A stretch of DNA of 46,364 nt from Spizellomyces punctatus DAOM BR117 (GCA_000182565.2 KQ257450.1); one strand, 5' to 3'; shown: positions 25,767 through 38,398, counted from the first letter of the stretch. The notes: generated by a model not told the origin, from the letters alone. Program-made: numbers and translations.

Positions 25767-28065
25767 ATGGAGAGCAAAGACAAAGACAGCCTTATCCCAA
25801 TTATTAAGATTTTCCCGACCGACACCTCTGATGACTTTGCTCAATTCCACCGCCCGTATACTACATTCACCTTTGGCCAAGTTGGGATAGCCGCTGCTGG
25901 GGTGGCCATGGTCCCCATTGGGTGGTTGCTTGGGCTGTACATGCAGAGTCTACATTGTTATGCTGACGTTTGTCACGATATTGGCGATTCAGACATCATT
26001 CGGACCTTTCAAGTCAATTTTTCCGTCTTCTACATCTGGATCTTGCTGACGATAATGGCTTACCTTGCTGCTAAGAAGCACGACTCGTGGCGAAAATGTT
26101 TATCGAAGCCTTGTGATATGGGGGGCTTTGCTCCTGGCTTTACCAAAGGAGAAATGCTTTTCTTTCTCTCGGCCGGTGCAATGATGCTCTTTAATGTGGG
26201 GTTCGTACCTGAATGCTCCGCTTTAAACGGTGGTTGCGGCACATTGTACTAATGTACTTCCTTGCAGGTACTGGTCAGCAACTTATAGATACTCAGTCTT
26301 TAGCAACAAAGACGGAGCATACCACTGGCTGACGGATACCCCAAAACGCATCCCAGGGTACTTTGTAGCCCTTGTGACTGGGAGGATGCTCGACCTCGGC
26401 CTTGGAATGCTGCTGATTCCAGTGGCCCGAAACTCCTTCCTGCAAATCTTTTTTGGCATATCTTTTCAGCATGCATTGCGCTTTCACAGATGGATGGGAT
26501 ACTTTGTATTCATCACAACGACTGTTCACCTCATATTCTATGTCTGGTCAGCGGCGGCTGATCCCACCTCGGTAACGTTCGCATACATCTTGCCTTTGCA
26601 CAATCTCAAGCTCCTACTAACATCGCTGTATTTTAGACTGTTTGGAATCACATGTTCAACATCCCCGGCGGGAGCAAGAACCGAGATACGGCAATGGCTC
26701 TGAGGTGGGGAAAGGGAAAGTAAGTAATTGGCGCCATCGCCGCTGGGTTAAATTAGCTCCTATCTTGTAAATGAATCTGACAACGTCCATGGTTATCTAA
26801 TAGCTGGGGAATACCTTTCGGCAACGCCTCCTACCTGTTTTTGATTCCCGTCATCCTGACATCCCTTTCCTACGTCCGACGAAAGCACTTCAATCTATTT
26901 TACTTCACACACTTTGTCGTTTTTGTCAGCTTGTTTTTCGCGTACCTTCATGCACCTTCGGCCTTCTATTACACGATCACTGGGCTCGGAATGTATATGA
27001 TCGACCTGATGTTCAGATGGAAGGCATCCACCTCCTCCCACATTATCCGTAATGTCGTAAGAGAGGATATAGGATACTTGCGGTTTGATGTTGAGATGAA
27101 TGATCTCGCATTGAGGAGCGTACCAGGCCAATTCATGTTTATCAATTTTCCGGAGATTTCTCGGAGAGAGTGGCATCCTTTCAGGTAGCGTCACCAGCAT
27201 CCAGTCTACGGCCCTTCGTAACTTTGACTAATTTCACGACTTGAAACTTTCTCAACAGTCTAGCGTCAATACTAAGCGATTCATGCTCCACTGCGACATT
27301 CATCTTCATGCCTTCAGAGAAACAAAACGAATGGACCGCTAAGCTTGCCGCTCATCTCATCTCCCGTTCCGCCCAGATTGAAGCTGGGCGCTTCCGTATC
27401 AATCTCGACGGACCTTTCGGATCCAGTGGATTTGACCCAGCATCTATGGACGTTGTGCTCATATTGGTTGGAGGAACTGGTTTGTCACCCGGTGTCGCAG
27501 TTGCGTTAGCAGCACTCCAAGCGGGGAGCTGTGCCAGGCTTGTGAGGATTGTGTGGTCAGTGGGTGGCGCCGGCTCTTCAACAATGTCGGTCCTCCGAGG
27601 TATGGAAGCATTTATGTCAGAAGAATTCATTTTCGCATCATTTTGAAGGGCGGCCCTTCTTCCGCAGACTTGACCAGACGGTGCAATCCCGCATTGAGTA
27701 TTCACGTTCATCAAACGCAAGTGAACTGCATAGACGTTTCGCGGCCTGGCTTTAGTATTGACGATTCCAACGTCGACATCGACATACCATATCCTGTATT
27801 CCACTCGCGGGTAAATTTTACTGGTAGGTTTGCTCAAGAACAGGCGCTTCCTAAAGAGAAAGTTTAACATGAGAACCTCTTTGTTTGCCTACGCATATTC
27901 ATAGAAACGATAAACGCTGTATGCACCGACGACAGTACCGCAAAAATAGGAGTGTTCATCTGTGGCCCATCAACCTTCGTCCAGGACGCAAACAAAGCGG
28001 CCATGGAACGAAAAGCACAAGGCGGCGTACATATGGCTATTTGGCAAGACGGATACTTATTCTAG
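25767..28065 (+). CDS. Ferric/cupric reductase (FRE/NOX-like flavocytochrome b); multi-exon
   Basis: ALRFHRWMG and LFYFTH...YLH (heme histidines), PGQFMFI, EWHPFS, LDGPFG, VGGTGLSP and ICGP motifs; TATA-like TATATAAA at ~25703; stop at 28063-28065. Confidence 0.9.
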
Positions 28066-29401
28066 TGGTCATAGGAAAGATAGGACAGATTTGATCCCTC
28101 AAGCTTCTTTCATGTATATATTGTACAAACGTTGCGTGTATATATCTATAGAACATAGGTTTCGTTCGGATGTATGTATATATTTATTTGGAGTGTTCGA
28201 ATAAGAATTCGGGCCCTCGAAATGAGGAAAAATGTCGGTGATGCGAAACTGCATCCAAATTGTCCCATCTCGAGATCGAGATTGAGAACATAGAGGCATT
28301 TCTCTGCAATAGATTCGTCACCTTTTGGAATGCAGTTGGGATTCCCCTGTGCATGATTATGCAGCAATTGGTGTTCATGCAAGTCGCGAAGATGATGAGA
28401 TTCTCCCATCATCTCCACTGAATCAGAGTGCAGATGACTGCTCGGAACCTCCAATGCCAGAAGCTACCCACAGGCAAGAAGGAAATACTTTGGAGGAATA
28501 TTTGGACGCTGCCATGCAGTGCGGTGAAGTGTGCGATTATCTCAAATTCCTTCATATAACGCCAGATATCAATGATGTAGATCTCATCCAAAATCAAATC
28601 TGTCGTCAAATGGGGAGGAAAAGGAACAATACCTTGAACACTTGTTTCTTTTCAACCTTTTCCTTTCTCGGAGTTACTTCATGCAAGCACATGATGTAGG
28701 ACTGTCGACGAGATGACCACAGATACATTTAGATTGCGACATTCCGACCACCGACATAAATCAAACAAATGAACTGCCATTAAAGCTCTGCATAAAGCTG
28801 ACGTATCCGTGGCAGGTATTGCTGTTGGACAAAACCAGCCAAATGAGCTGCCATTGTAGCCCTGCATAATGCTGACGCATCCGTGGCAGGTATTGCTGTT
28901 AAAGAAAAAGTTAACTTTACCACAATTCAGCATACTTTGAAGAAGAACAGAGAATATAGCTTATTTGAAACCAAAAAAGTCCCGGTCGACCAACAAAGTT
29001 ATTTGACTTTGGAAAGCGTGGCATATTCTATGATGGTGATGGTCAAAGCAGTCGAAGTCTATACACTAGTAACAGAGTTTGCTGATATCTCTTTGCAAAA
29101 ATGGACATTGCAGAAGTGGCTGCTAAACATCATGGAATGAACAGTTGATGGAAATGCCGCTGAATTGAGTCAAGCGGTTTTGACTACAGTCCAAACTGTG
29201 CGAAGACTACGTGTTCTGTAATGAATGTCTTGTTTGATGCATTTGCGTAAGTTAAGCATAAAACCCTAGCGCTCTGAATACGTCCGACCGGAACTTACAT
29301 GATGTCAGAGGGCGTGGGATGAGATAACTCGGATTGCAGCCGACTTTGGCTCATGTCCATTCCTTACATTTCTATCCTGGACACATCCAACCGCGATCAA
29401 C

Positions 29402-32400
29402 ATGGGCTCTGCGGCATCCGCTTGCTGCGGAAAACCATCTAAACATAACACAGTTACTCCGGAGAAAGAGGAGCGCAACACTGCGAATGTAACTGTCACA
29501 CCGAAACCGTTGATCACAGTCCAGGCAAACGAAGAGATACAAGAAGTACAGTACCCCCACATTGGGGAAGCTGACAAAGATCGAAAGCCTAATGGCTCCA
29601 CTGGACTGCAAGTCATTAACACTCATGCATCTGCGCCTGAACATTTCTCGGAACCCTCTACGCCATGTCCACCATACAGTATGCCTCAAACTTCCGTTCC
29701 TGGCAGCTCATATGTGCCCGAGGGCCCTAACAAGGTTCTTTATTTGTCAAAGTAACTGCTTGCATTGCCATTATCGCTGATTCTTTTCCAAAGGCATCAC
29801 AAAATATTTCTCATGGTTCAGGTGTGCCTGACGACCATAACAAGGTTTTGTATTTGTCAAAACTACTGCTTAACTTGCCAGATCGCTGAATCCTTCCTGA
29901 AGGCATCACAAAATATTCCTCATGGTTCAGGTGTGCCTGACGACCGTAACAAGGTTTTGTATTTGTCAAAACTACTGCTTATCTTGCCAGATCGCTGATT
30001 CCTTCCTGAAGGCATCACAAAATATTCCTCATAGTTCAGGTGTGCCTGACGACCGTAACAAGGTTTTGTATTTGTCAAAACTACTGCTTAACTTGCCAGA
30101 TCGCTGAATCCTTCCCGAAGGCATCACCACATACAACCGAGCGCTCGCCGGAAAATTTAAACAGTAACCCAGTGTTGACAAAGCTTCACGCCGATCCCGT
30201 CCAATTTATTATCAACAAGGCGCCTGAAAATGCAAGGTGGAGAACCCAATGGACGATAACGGACGAGGCTGCTAAGATCCTTAGCGAGTTGGATGCACCG
30301 GTGGTGGTGATCACCATAGTGGGGGTATTCCGTTATGGTAAATCATTCCTGATGAACCAGCTGATGGGACAACAAGCAGGATTTGAGCTTGGCAGGACGG
30401 TGTGTGCAGTTACGCGCGGATTCTGGCTTTGGGCTTTTAAAGAAGAGGAAACCGGTCGAATAATTCTCCTTTTGGACAGCGAAGGCCTATATGACACAGA
30501 CAACACGGAGGAATACACTGCTCAATTATTCGTGATCGGAGTTCTGTTGAGCTCATGTCTAGTTATGAACACACCGGGCTCCAATTTGAATATCAAAGAA
30601 CTTAGCAGTTTATCGTGGGTTTCCGGGGGCACATTTATCATTCACTTCGCTATTGCATGTCTGACGACAGCATTTTCCACAGGTTCATTGTCAATCTTGC
30701 AGATCACATCAACACTGAGGCTTCCGGGAGTGAAAATGGGAACGATACGGTAGGGATCCATTTTCCTAGTCTTTTCTGGGTCCTTCGCGATCATTTCCTG
30801 GACATGAAAACGGTCGCGGGAACATCCTTAACTGAAGATGAATATTTGGAAAATGTGCTCAAACTTCAACCTGGCAATGGAGCACAGCAGCGAGAGCTCA
30901 ACAACTTGAGAATTTCTCTACGTGAATCCTTTCCGAGGCGGACATTGCGAGTACTCCCGAAACCAGTTGCTGATGATCTGCTACTAGACGCGCAGAATCT
31001 TGAGTGGATGCAGCTGGACGCTCGGTACCGCAGTAAGATTGTGAAGGTGAGACAATATCTCTTCGTGTATGCGCCTTTGAAAAGCGTTTGCTCCCGTGCG
31101 GATGGAGGCAGTGTGAATGTTACGGGCAAAGGTCGGTTGTTATAGACCTGCATGGTAGGTCAACTGGTTTAAATTCGTTGTTCTAGAGTTTCTACAGTTA
31201 GCAACTATGTACCTCAACACAATCAACGAGGGCAAAACGCCGTGCGTGGCTGATGCCTGGCAGATGCTCTCTGATATGGCGTGCCAGGACGCGATCAAAC
31301 AAGCACTCGCATCTTACAAAATGGCCATGAAGCGGTCGGTCGAGCCAGAATTGCCTGTAGAACTCAATGTCTTGGAGGACTATCATGACGCATTTGAGGA
31401 GGATGCCTTACAAGAATTCATGAGCATTGCCATTGGCCCACAAAAGGAAAAGGCCTTGGCAGAATTGAAGGTATCAGAAACATGGGGTCGTCCTTCCCAC
31501 TGGCTTCCGTTCACACTCTTCATTTCAGAGTTTGTTGGCCGAGTACCAAAATGACGGAGAAAAAGTTGTTGGTGGGGAGTTCTTTAAAATTATTGAGCTG
31601 AATACCAAAATCAGCATAGACTACTGTCGAAACTTGCTGGAAGTCCTCCACCAGGAATTGGAACAGAAAGTGAAATCGAAGAGCTTCAAGTCTTTCGACG
31701 AGTATGCCGCTGCCATACAAGACCTCAAAAAGAAGTACAGCGACGAAGCAAAGGGCCCAGGGACACTTACGGTATTGGAGAAATATGAACAAATCTTTCG
31801 AAGAGATGAACAAGTCCAAGAGTCACACTTCCGTCTCTCTGCATTGGAAAAGGCAAGATTGGAAGATCAGCATAAGTTGCGAATGGTGGCATTTGACAAA
31901 ATCCGACAAGAAGAGGAAATGAAAGCGATTTTAGCATCCCTCGATGCATATAAGCACCAGCAAGAAGTTTCTACAGCAGAACTAGAAAAAAGGCGGAAGT
32001 TGGAGTCAGATGCTTTCAAGGCAAAGCTGGAACAGGAGAAAGAACTCTGGGAGCAGCAGCTAAAGGATGCAGCAATTAAGAAGGAGAGAATCTTGGAGGA
32101 GATTTACAGTCGGAAGGTATACTTAAGCCGTAAAACGCGGTATTCGCCGCATGTACTTACCGATTGCACTTGAACCTAATACAGGTAGAAAGCTTGGAGC
32201 GTGAGATAAGCGATCGAGAACTAGCTCACAGGAGGGAAATCAGCGAATTTAGGGAACGAATGTCACAGATTGAAGATACAGCCAATCAACGAATCGGAGA
32301 TCTGATGAGAGCGATCAAGCGTTATGAGGAAGAAAATCGAAACATATTAGCTTCTGTCGAGTTTTCTCAATTGCGTGGCCGGCATGCACCAGTATATGAC

Positions 32401-32493
32401 GATGGACGGTGTGGGTCTCTCAATACTAAAACAGGACTACCTTGCCGAAATCCAACAAAGGGGGGTCGTTGCTGGATACCCGCCCATAAATAG
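29402..32493 (+). CDS. Guanylate-binding protein (GBP-type large GTPase) with helical/coiled-coil C-terminus; multi-exon
   Basis: G1 GVFRYGKS, GFELGRTVCAVTRGFWLW, G3 LLDSEGL, FPSLFWVLRDH (RD motif), YLNTINEGKTPCV, and a long Glu/Lys-rich coiled coil. Confidence 0.9.
29735..30120 (+). repeat. 109-bp tandem repeat, each unit a 51-nt exon plus a 58-nt intron, inside the GBP gene
   Basis: Exons 29794-29844, 29903-29953 and 30012-30062 (ASQNI[S/P]H[G/S]SGVPDD[H/R]NK) are separated by near-identical GTTTTG...GAAG introns. Confidence 0.9.
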
Positions 32494-32533
32494 GATTGAG
32501 GAAGAAGTGGTATTTTTGGGTCGCCAATACATT

Positions 32534-32585
32534 TTAGGGTAAGGGTTACAAGGGTGTTCTCGGGTTTTGGGGTTTACTTAGGGTT
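32534..32585 (+). repeat. Degenerate telomere-like (TTAGGG) tract
   Basis: ttagggtaagggttacaagggtgttc...ttagggtt. Confidence 0.55.
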
Positions 32586-32590
32586 GCATA

Positions 32591-33205
32591 TTAGTGGCTA
32601 TATTTCCTGCATATACACCTGATAATGTAGTCAAGGAACGGCGCCCGCTCCTTTCCCTTTTCCGCAGGTTCATGAGCTCGTGAAATTCTGCCATAAGAAT
32701 GCCAACTCAAAATATCCTCCACAGCGTGTGTGCCAATCAGTCTGTCTCCCGCCACCAACATGCGGCAGGCGGCATTCTCTGGTGGAATTATGTTCATATC
32801 ACTGAGCACCAGAAATACCACCTGTCCAATATCCGGCACACGTTTCGCCGCGTCCGAGATCATTAAACCCAGCACAGCGCGGCCGGTGCGCGTGCATCGC
32901 TCCATCGCCGTAACCTTCGACACAATGTCGGTCCATTCAATGGGCTCCGGCCCGGTGTCCAATGAAAACGGATAGATCACGCCCTCCGGCCTGGGGAAGA
33001 TGTCGTGCACCAATAATGCAATGGCCAAGGCAATCTGCTGAGCTCCTGTAACCCATGCCAGATACATATTCAGTGCAACGCGGACGTCGGGAAGAACTGC
33101 TTTGAACACGGGTGCTGCCTTTTCAACCACGTCCTGCCACTCGCGATCCAAATCGGCTACTTCGGGCGGGATGTGGGCTTCGCCAAGAGGTGCTTGTCTC
33201 TTCAT
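32591..33205 (-). CDS. Hypothetical protein, 204 aa, no recognised domain
   Basis: Uninterrupted ATG-started ORF with protein-like composition; could instead be the last exon of a decayed gene. Confidence 0.45.
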   Translation of the reverse strand: MKRQAPLGEAHIPPEVADLDREWQDVVEKAAPVFKAVLPDVRVALNMYLAWVTGAQQIALAIALLVHDIFPRPEGVIYPFSLDTGPEPIEWTDIVSKVTAMERCTRTGRAVLGLMISDAAKRVPDIGQVVFLVLSDMNIIPPENAACRMLVAGDRLIGTHAVEDILSWHSYGRISRAHEPAEKGKERAPFLDYIIRCICRKYSH

Positions 33206-35010
33206 CGCATGGGCACGCTCTATTATGCTTTTCGCGGTATCTATGTGATTCTTACCAGGTCGTCAGTAGACATAGCTTCAATATTACAGTGGTGTGTGAC
33301 TCCCCGAGGGATGGCTGATATACCACGCTATTACCACTCCACCACCACCGTTGCTCAATGGGGCACCATTTTTGGGGCAGTGTTAATGCATTCGTCTCGG
33401 TGTGGGTGGACATGCGGGTATATCACAATATAAACGTATTGTACCGTCGATTAACCACATGACCAGACGCGTTATAGATCAGATCTTGATCGTTCGCGTT
33501 GCAACAACTAGGCTTTCGACAACACAAATGCAGACAATAACACAATTAACGACTGATTTTGGGCGCATAAAGCAACTAATTCAGAAAGTGTTTTAACAAG
33601 CTTGTAGCGTAGATTCAGGGCTTTCTAGAACCATTTTGGTCTTGTTAATACGTTAATAACTCGCAAAGTCATCCAAGTTACTGTCCCATGACAATCTCGA
33701 ATGAAATCAATCAATTAATTCCGAAAGTTAAAACCATCAGTTAGTTTGGTACAACTCACTTTATCAACAACGAATTTGATCGATCTGAACACTTCATGTT
33801 ATTCTTTCTTAACAGCTGGCTGCTGGAAATCAACGCTTTGCTGCCATCGCTTGCAGCAGAAGCTTGATTTGACTATGACCTAAAACACGCCATGTTGCAG
33901 GACTGCTTTGATGTAGTGGATTTGGAGCGACGGTAAGCCGTGTAGGCGGGTTTGATCTCGTCTACAACGATGGACCAGTTCGACATGAGAGGACAAGTAA
34001 CTATGCTTCGTATTTGTGTATGTTTATCTTTTCTTTTGTTTTTCACCCATCTAATCAAAAGATAAACAAACTGACACTCTTTCTCCTCCCTCTATACCAA
34101 TCTTACGTTTAAATATAACCAGGATGTTATCAACCCATTCTGCGAGCCCCATATATGAAGAAAAGGTTTGGGAATGCCCCCGGACCATCACCGCCTAACC
34201 CTGATGTATCTGGAAGGAGTGGTGGAGCTTCTGTTCCTCTATCAGCGCCTTGCATTGGCATCACTGTTTCCGTCTCTGTGTCGGATGGGCCGCGATAATA
34301 TGCATGAAATAACTGGTTATCTTTTGTTGCGAAGTTTCATTTTTATTTTTTGGTCGAGTAGCACTTGACTAATTTGTACTAAAGACAGCAGAGCTAGCCC
34401 CAACCCCCATTCATTTGAAAGGATAGATTGCGTCCGTATGTCTTGACGGCAGGATATATTTCACAGGCCATATATGAGCGTCATCTGCCATGTTTAAAGA
34501 ACAAAGCCGATGTACGTCGCATGTACCAGCACGGTACCTGCAGATTTCAATGTGACGAATGTAAGTCAGAACAGTCACTCAGCGGTCATTTAGCGCACCA
34601 AATCCAAGCCCACCACCCACAAAACTGGAGAACCTCGGGGAGTGGCATAGGTGATATTTCACGCCCATATCCACGTTTTGGCCTGCTTGATTTTGCCAGA
34701 GTGAACATGCTTGGAATGAAAAAAAAAACGTACCATTATATCATTACAACAGCCAATACCGCCAAATTCCCAGCATTCCAGGAAACGCTGCATATCACGG
34801 TCCAGATTTTATTCAGAGAACGACTCCTTTTAATAAACCAGGTCAATCTCTACTGTCCTGCTACCTTGCCCCAAGTCCCGAAGTACAAGAACTTCGGATA
34901 TAGAATTTCCACCCTCCTCCTAACCGCCCACCTAAAATTCCGTCATTCAACAAGCTTCCATATATACTCTAGAATATTTCTACGAATGGTATAGTATCCG
35001 AGGAGAGATC

Positions 35011-38000
35011 TTATCTCTGCTTATCCCGATTAACAAAAGTAAGCAGCACGAACGCAATAATGCGCCAGACGCATCCAATCGCAAGCATCAACACAACACT
35101 CAGTGTGGTGCGTCCGGTAACGTATCCGAATACCTTAGCGGATTCTTCCGTTAAATACACGTCCTTAAACGGCATGATGGATTCCGAGTCTGTCGTTTTT
35201 TTTCCAGAACAGAAAGGCCCAAGGTCAATACTGTCATTTGTGTAAAAGCTGGACAAGGCACAGGGGAAAACATGGCAGCATAACCTACATTGCGCCTCAG
35301 CAGCCCATTTGTTGAAACTGATCGCCCACAAAAAGTCGATGCCCCAGTCCCGCGCCTGAACCAGGGTCGGACCGAACCCGGAGAATACAGCATGGAATAA
35401 CCCAACGACAACCGCCAGGAGCGCCGCATTGTCCCTTTTCACGATAGTCGATACCGTAGCCGCGACACCATACACCCCGAAAAATTGAAGGAGAATCAAA
35501 ACGTACTGAATCGCGAAAGGTACTAAAGGCTGAGCAAAGAAGTAGTATACGGCGCTGAAATGTAGGGAAGATAGGGTGAAACGATAGACGGTGCCGATGG
35601 TTTTACCCTTATGCCGCAACATGCATTAGACACAGCTCGGTATGGTAAAGAGCAAACACTTGAGCGAAATCCGAAAACTTACAACATAGTAGGAAAATCT
35701 GGAATGGCCGGCTGCAGCTTCTCTCCAAAAGACCGGCTTTTCCTCACCAAAAACTTTTACACCCGCTGGAGCACCGGCAAGCCCGATACTCATTCCAATC
35801 AACAACCCGTAGAGTGCAACAATATACTCCAGAGGGGCTGGACTCATCTTCGTGTACGGCAGCTTCCACACCCCATAGTAGAGTTCACCTTGATCGGCCA
35901 TCGCGACACCCATAAGCAAACCGGCAGCAGTACCGACAAAGACTTCGAGAACTAAACTGGACAGAGTACGTTCCTGTTGGACAAGGTAGCGGTTGTGACA
36001 GTGATATATTTGCCAGAAAATGTTTGCCCCGCGTGTTCGCCGAAGTGTCGGGACATGTTCGTGGAACTCTGTGTCTGATACTGATTGGAGACCGTCGATA
36101 TCTCCATCGCCGGCAGACCGTTTTTCCCAAGCAACTACTAGATCGTCAACAGTTATGTTCTGAAGGTTGTTTATCCCGCGCCCCGAAAGGATGTCCATGA
36201 GAACGTCGGCGGTGTTTGCAGTTGGAGCAAACTAAAAATGATGGAAACAAATTGGCAAAAGGTCAAATGCCCAAACACTGCATATAGGTTTCCAAGGATG
36301 AGAGCAAAAGGTGCCTAACCTGAAATCCCATAGCCTCAAAATACGTCTTGGCTTCGTTCACCGGGCCAAGGTACGCCGTTAAACCCCCAGGGGCAATCAT
36401 CAAAAGATCATCAAATCTCTCAAAGATTTCCACTCGGGGCTGATGAATAACAGCTACGAGTGTCAGCCCGAGATGGGTAAGACTACTCATGATGTCCGCT
36501 ACATCAAGGGCTGCAGTGGCATCCAACCCCGAGGTTGGCTCGTCCAAGAAGATGGCTAGCGGAACCGCCGCGAGTTCCATGCCGATATTGACCCTTTTAC
36601 GCTGACCGCCAGAAACGCCGCGCGTAGTTTCATCACCAATGATGGTGTGGGCGACGTGGGACAGACTTCAAGAAAAAAAGAAAAAGTAACCACGTCAATA
36701 ACAGGATAACCATCAACAGCTATAGTCAAATGGGGCAAACAATGGGCAGAACGTACTTTAGAGCCGACAGCACTCCATGTACGTGCTCCTCGACATCTTT
36801 TGCTGACCAGTCTCCGGGAAGCCTGATTTTGGCGGAATGCAGTACATTCTCCCATACAGTCAGTTCACGTAACATGATGTCCTCCTGGGGGACGTATCCA
36901 ATAACTTTTCGAAACACATGCATCTCTGATTCCTGGCCATTGACGTACAGTGTACCGCCCGTGCGCTTCACTTTTCCCATCAAGACGTTCATGAATGTTG
37001 TCTTGCCTGCAAGAAGGGAAGGAAAAAGGGAAGGAAAAAGCAGGTGGCGGAGATTTGATGAGTATTGGTCGATAAAAATGGATGCCGCAACTCTCCACCT
37101 ACCTGCTCCAGAGGGACCCATAATAGCCGTCATTCTCCCCGGGCGAATCTCGCCGGTCACTCCGCTCAGGATCGGCTTGCCATCAGGAAGTACGAGGGAA
37201 AGGTTTCGGAATTTAAAGTTCATGCTAAGATCCGTTCGGCCTCCCAACGCTCGGCTGAAGCCCTTGACAAGGCACGAGGTGTCAATGACTGACCGTTCGC
37301 GGGGGCTGTATGGCACAATCTCGGGGTCATCCTTTTTAATAAGGTCCAGCTAGATATGCGTCCCATACCACATGAGTATAACACCACCGAAAGATGTAAC
37401 AGAGAGAAACAACTGCCCATTACCTGAATCGTCTGATGAGCGACCATGTTCTCCGTCTCCTTAACATCCGCGTCTTTTCGCAGAAACCGCTGGGACCACG
37501 CTGGCAACATTACGCTCAAGGGGGTCTCTGATGCCTTCAAAGCGGCAACACGACGAGCCAGAACGAACGCAAAAAGAACAAAGTCGAGGAGCAAAGCAAA
37601 GATAAGCGGGCCATAGTACATTTGCGAATGCGTTCCCTCGCCGCAGATCGAAAGACTGTCACACTTTATTGGAGCGCTGGATCCAGAATGGCTGGTATAT
37701 TAAGGTTGCGTACCGAGAAAAAGTGAGTGGCAAGTTTCGTTGGTTAAAAACGTAAAGTTCGTGAAAGGCGAAAACCAACAAGATCTCACCAGTAATATCC
37801 AGACGGGCTATGGAATAAATTACAAAGGAATGGGTGAGGGAAAAAGTGAGCAAGCGTCCGAGATGGAAACTCGCCACTAGCTTACCATCTGATCATCGTC
37901 TTCCAATCGGGACAGTAGTACCCAGAAGGACAGACAACGGGCTCATACAATCCCTGCGCCTGATGCAATAAACGTGCGGACAAATTCATTCGATAAACCC

Positions 38001-38398
38001 GGCCGTACGAGACAAAAGCAGGGCTCAGTTTGCAATGTTGGTACAGACCTGGCAAGCTTTTCCCTGTAACCTCAGCAGCTGACAGTCATCCGTCGGAGCG
38101 CAGTAAGATGGTAAGGACGCTGGGTTTTTGCTGTCGACATGCGGGCAGTAGTATCCGGGATCGCAGGCGTGGCGATCTGAGATAATGACAGGGACAGTTG
38201 TGTTGCCTGCCAAGCAGACGCTGGCATCCATATTGGACATACTTTGTTCATCAACTTAAAGCAAGAATAGCCTACAATTTCGGAACTAGAAAGTGCAGAA
38301 CAAGAGCTAAGTTGTATATAGGGCACGGCTTCCTTGGGGCTTATGTACTGGGGCTGTGGTATTGTCGGGATCCATCCTGCGCTCTGTGGGCCACTCAT
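35011..38398 (-). CDS. ABCG-family half transporter with N-terminal Cys-rich extracellular region; multi-exon
   Basis: Walker A GPSGAGKTT (intron-split), Q-loop GYVPQED, signature VSGGQRKRVNIG, Walker B IFLDEPTSGLD, IHQP, and an ABC2 membrane domain (EKPVFWREAAAG). N-terminal CDPGYYCP/CPSGYYC repeats. Start codon uncertain. Confidence 0.92.

Noticed and set aside
27600-27666. Apparent frameshift in the ferric reductase
   Set aside because: A GT-AG intron (27600-27666) restores the frame into DLTRRCNP.
29735-30120. Regular repeat superficially like a CRISPR array
   Set aside because: There are no unique spacers or cas genes; the units are exon+intron duplications in a eukaryotic gene.
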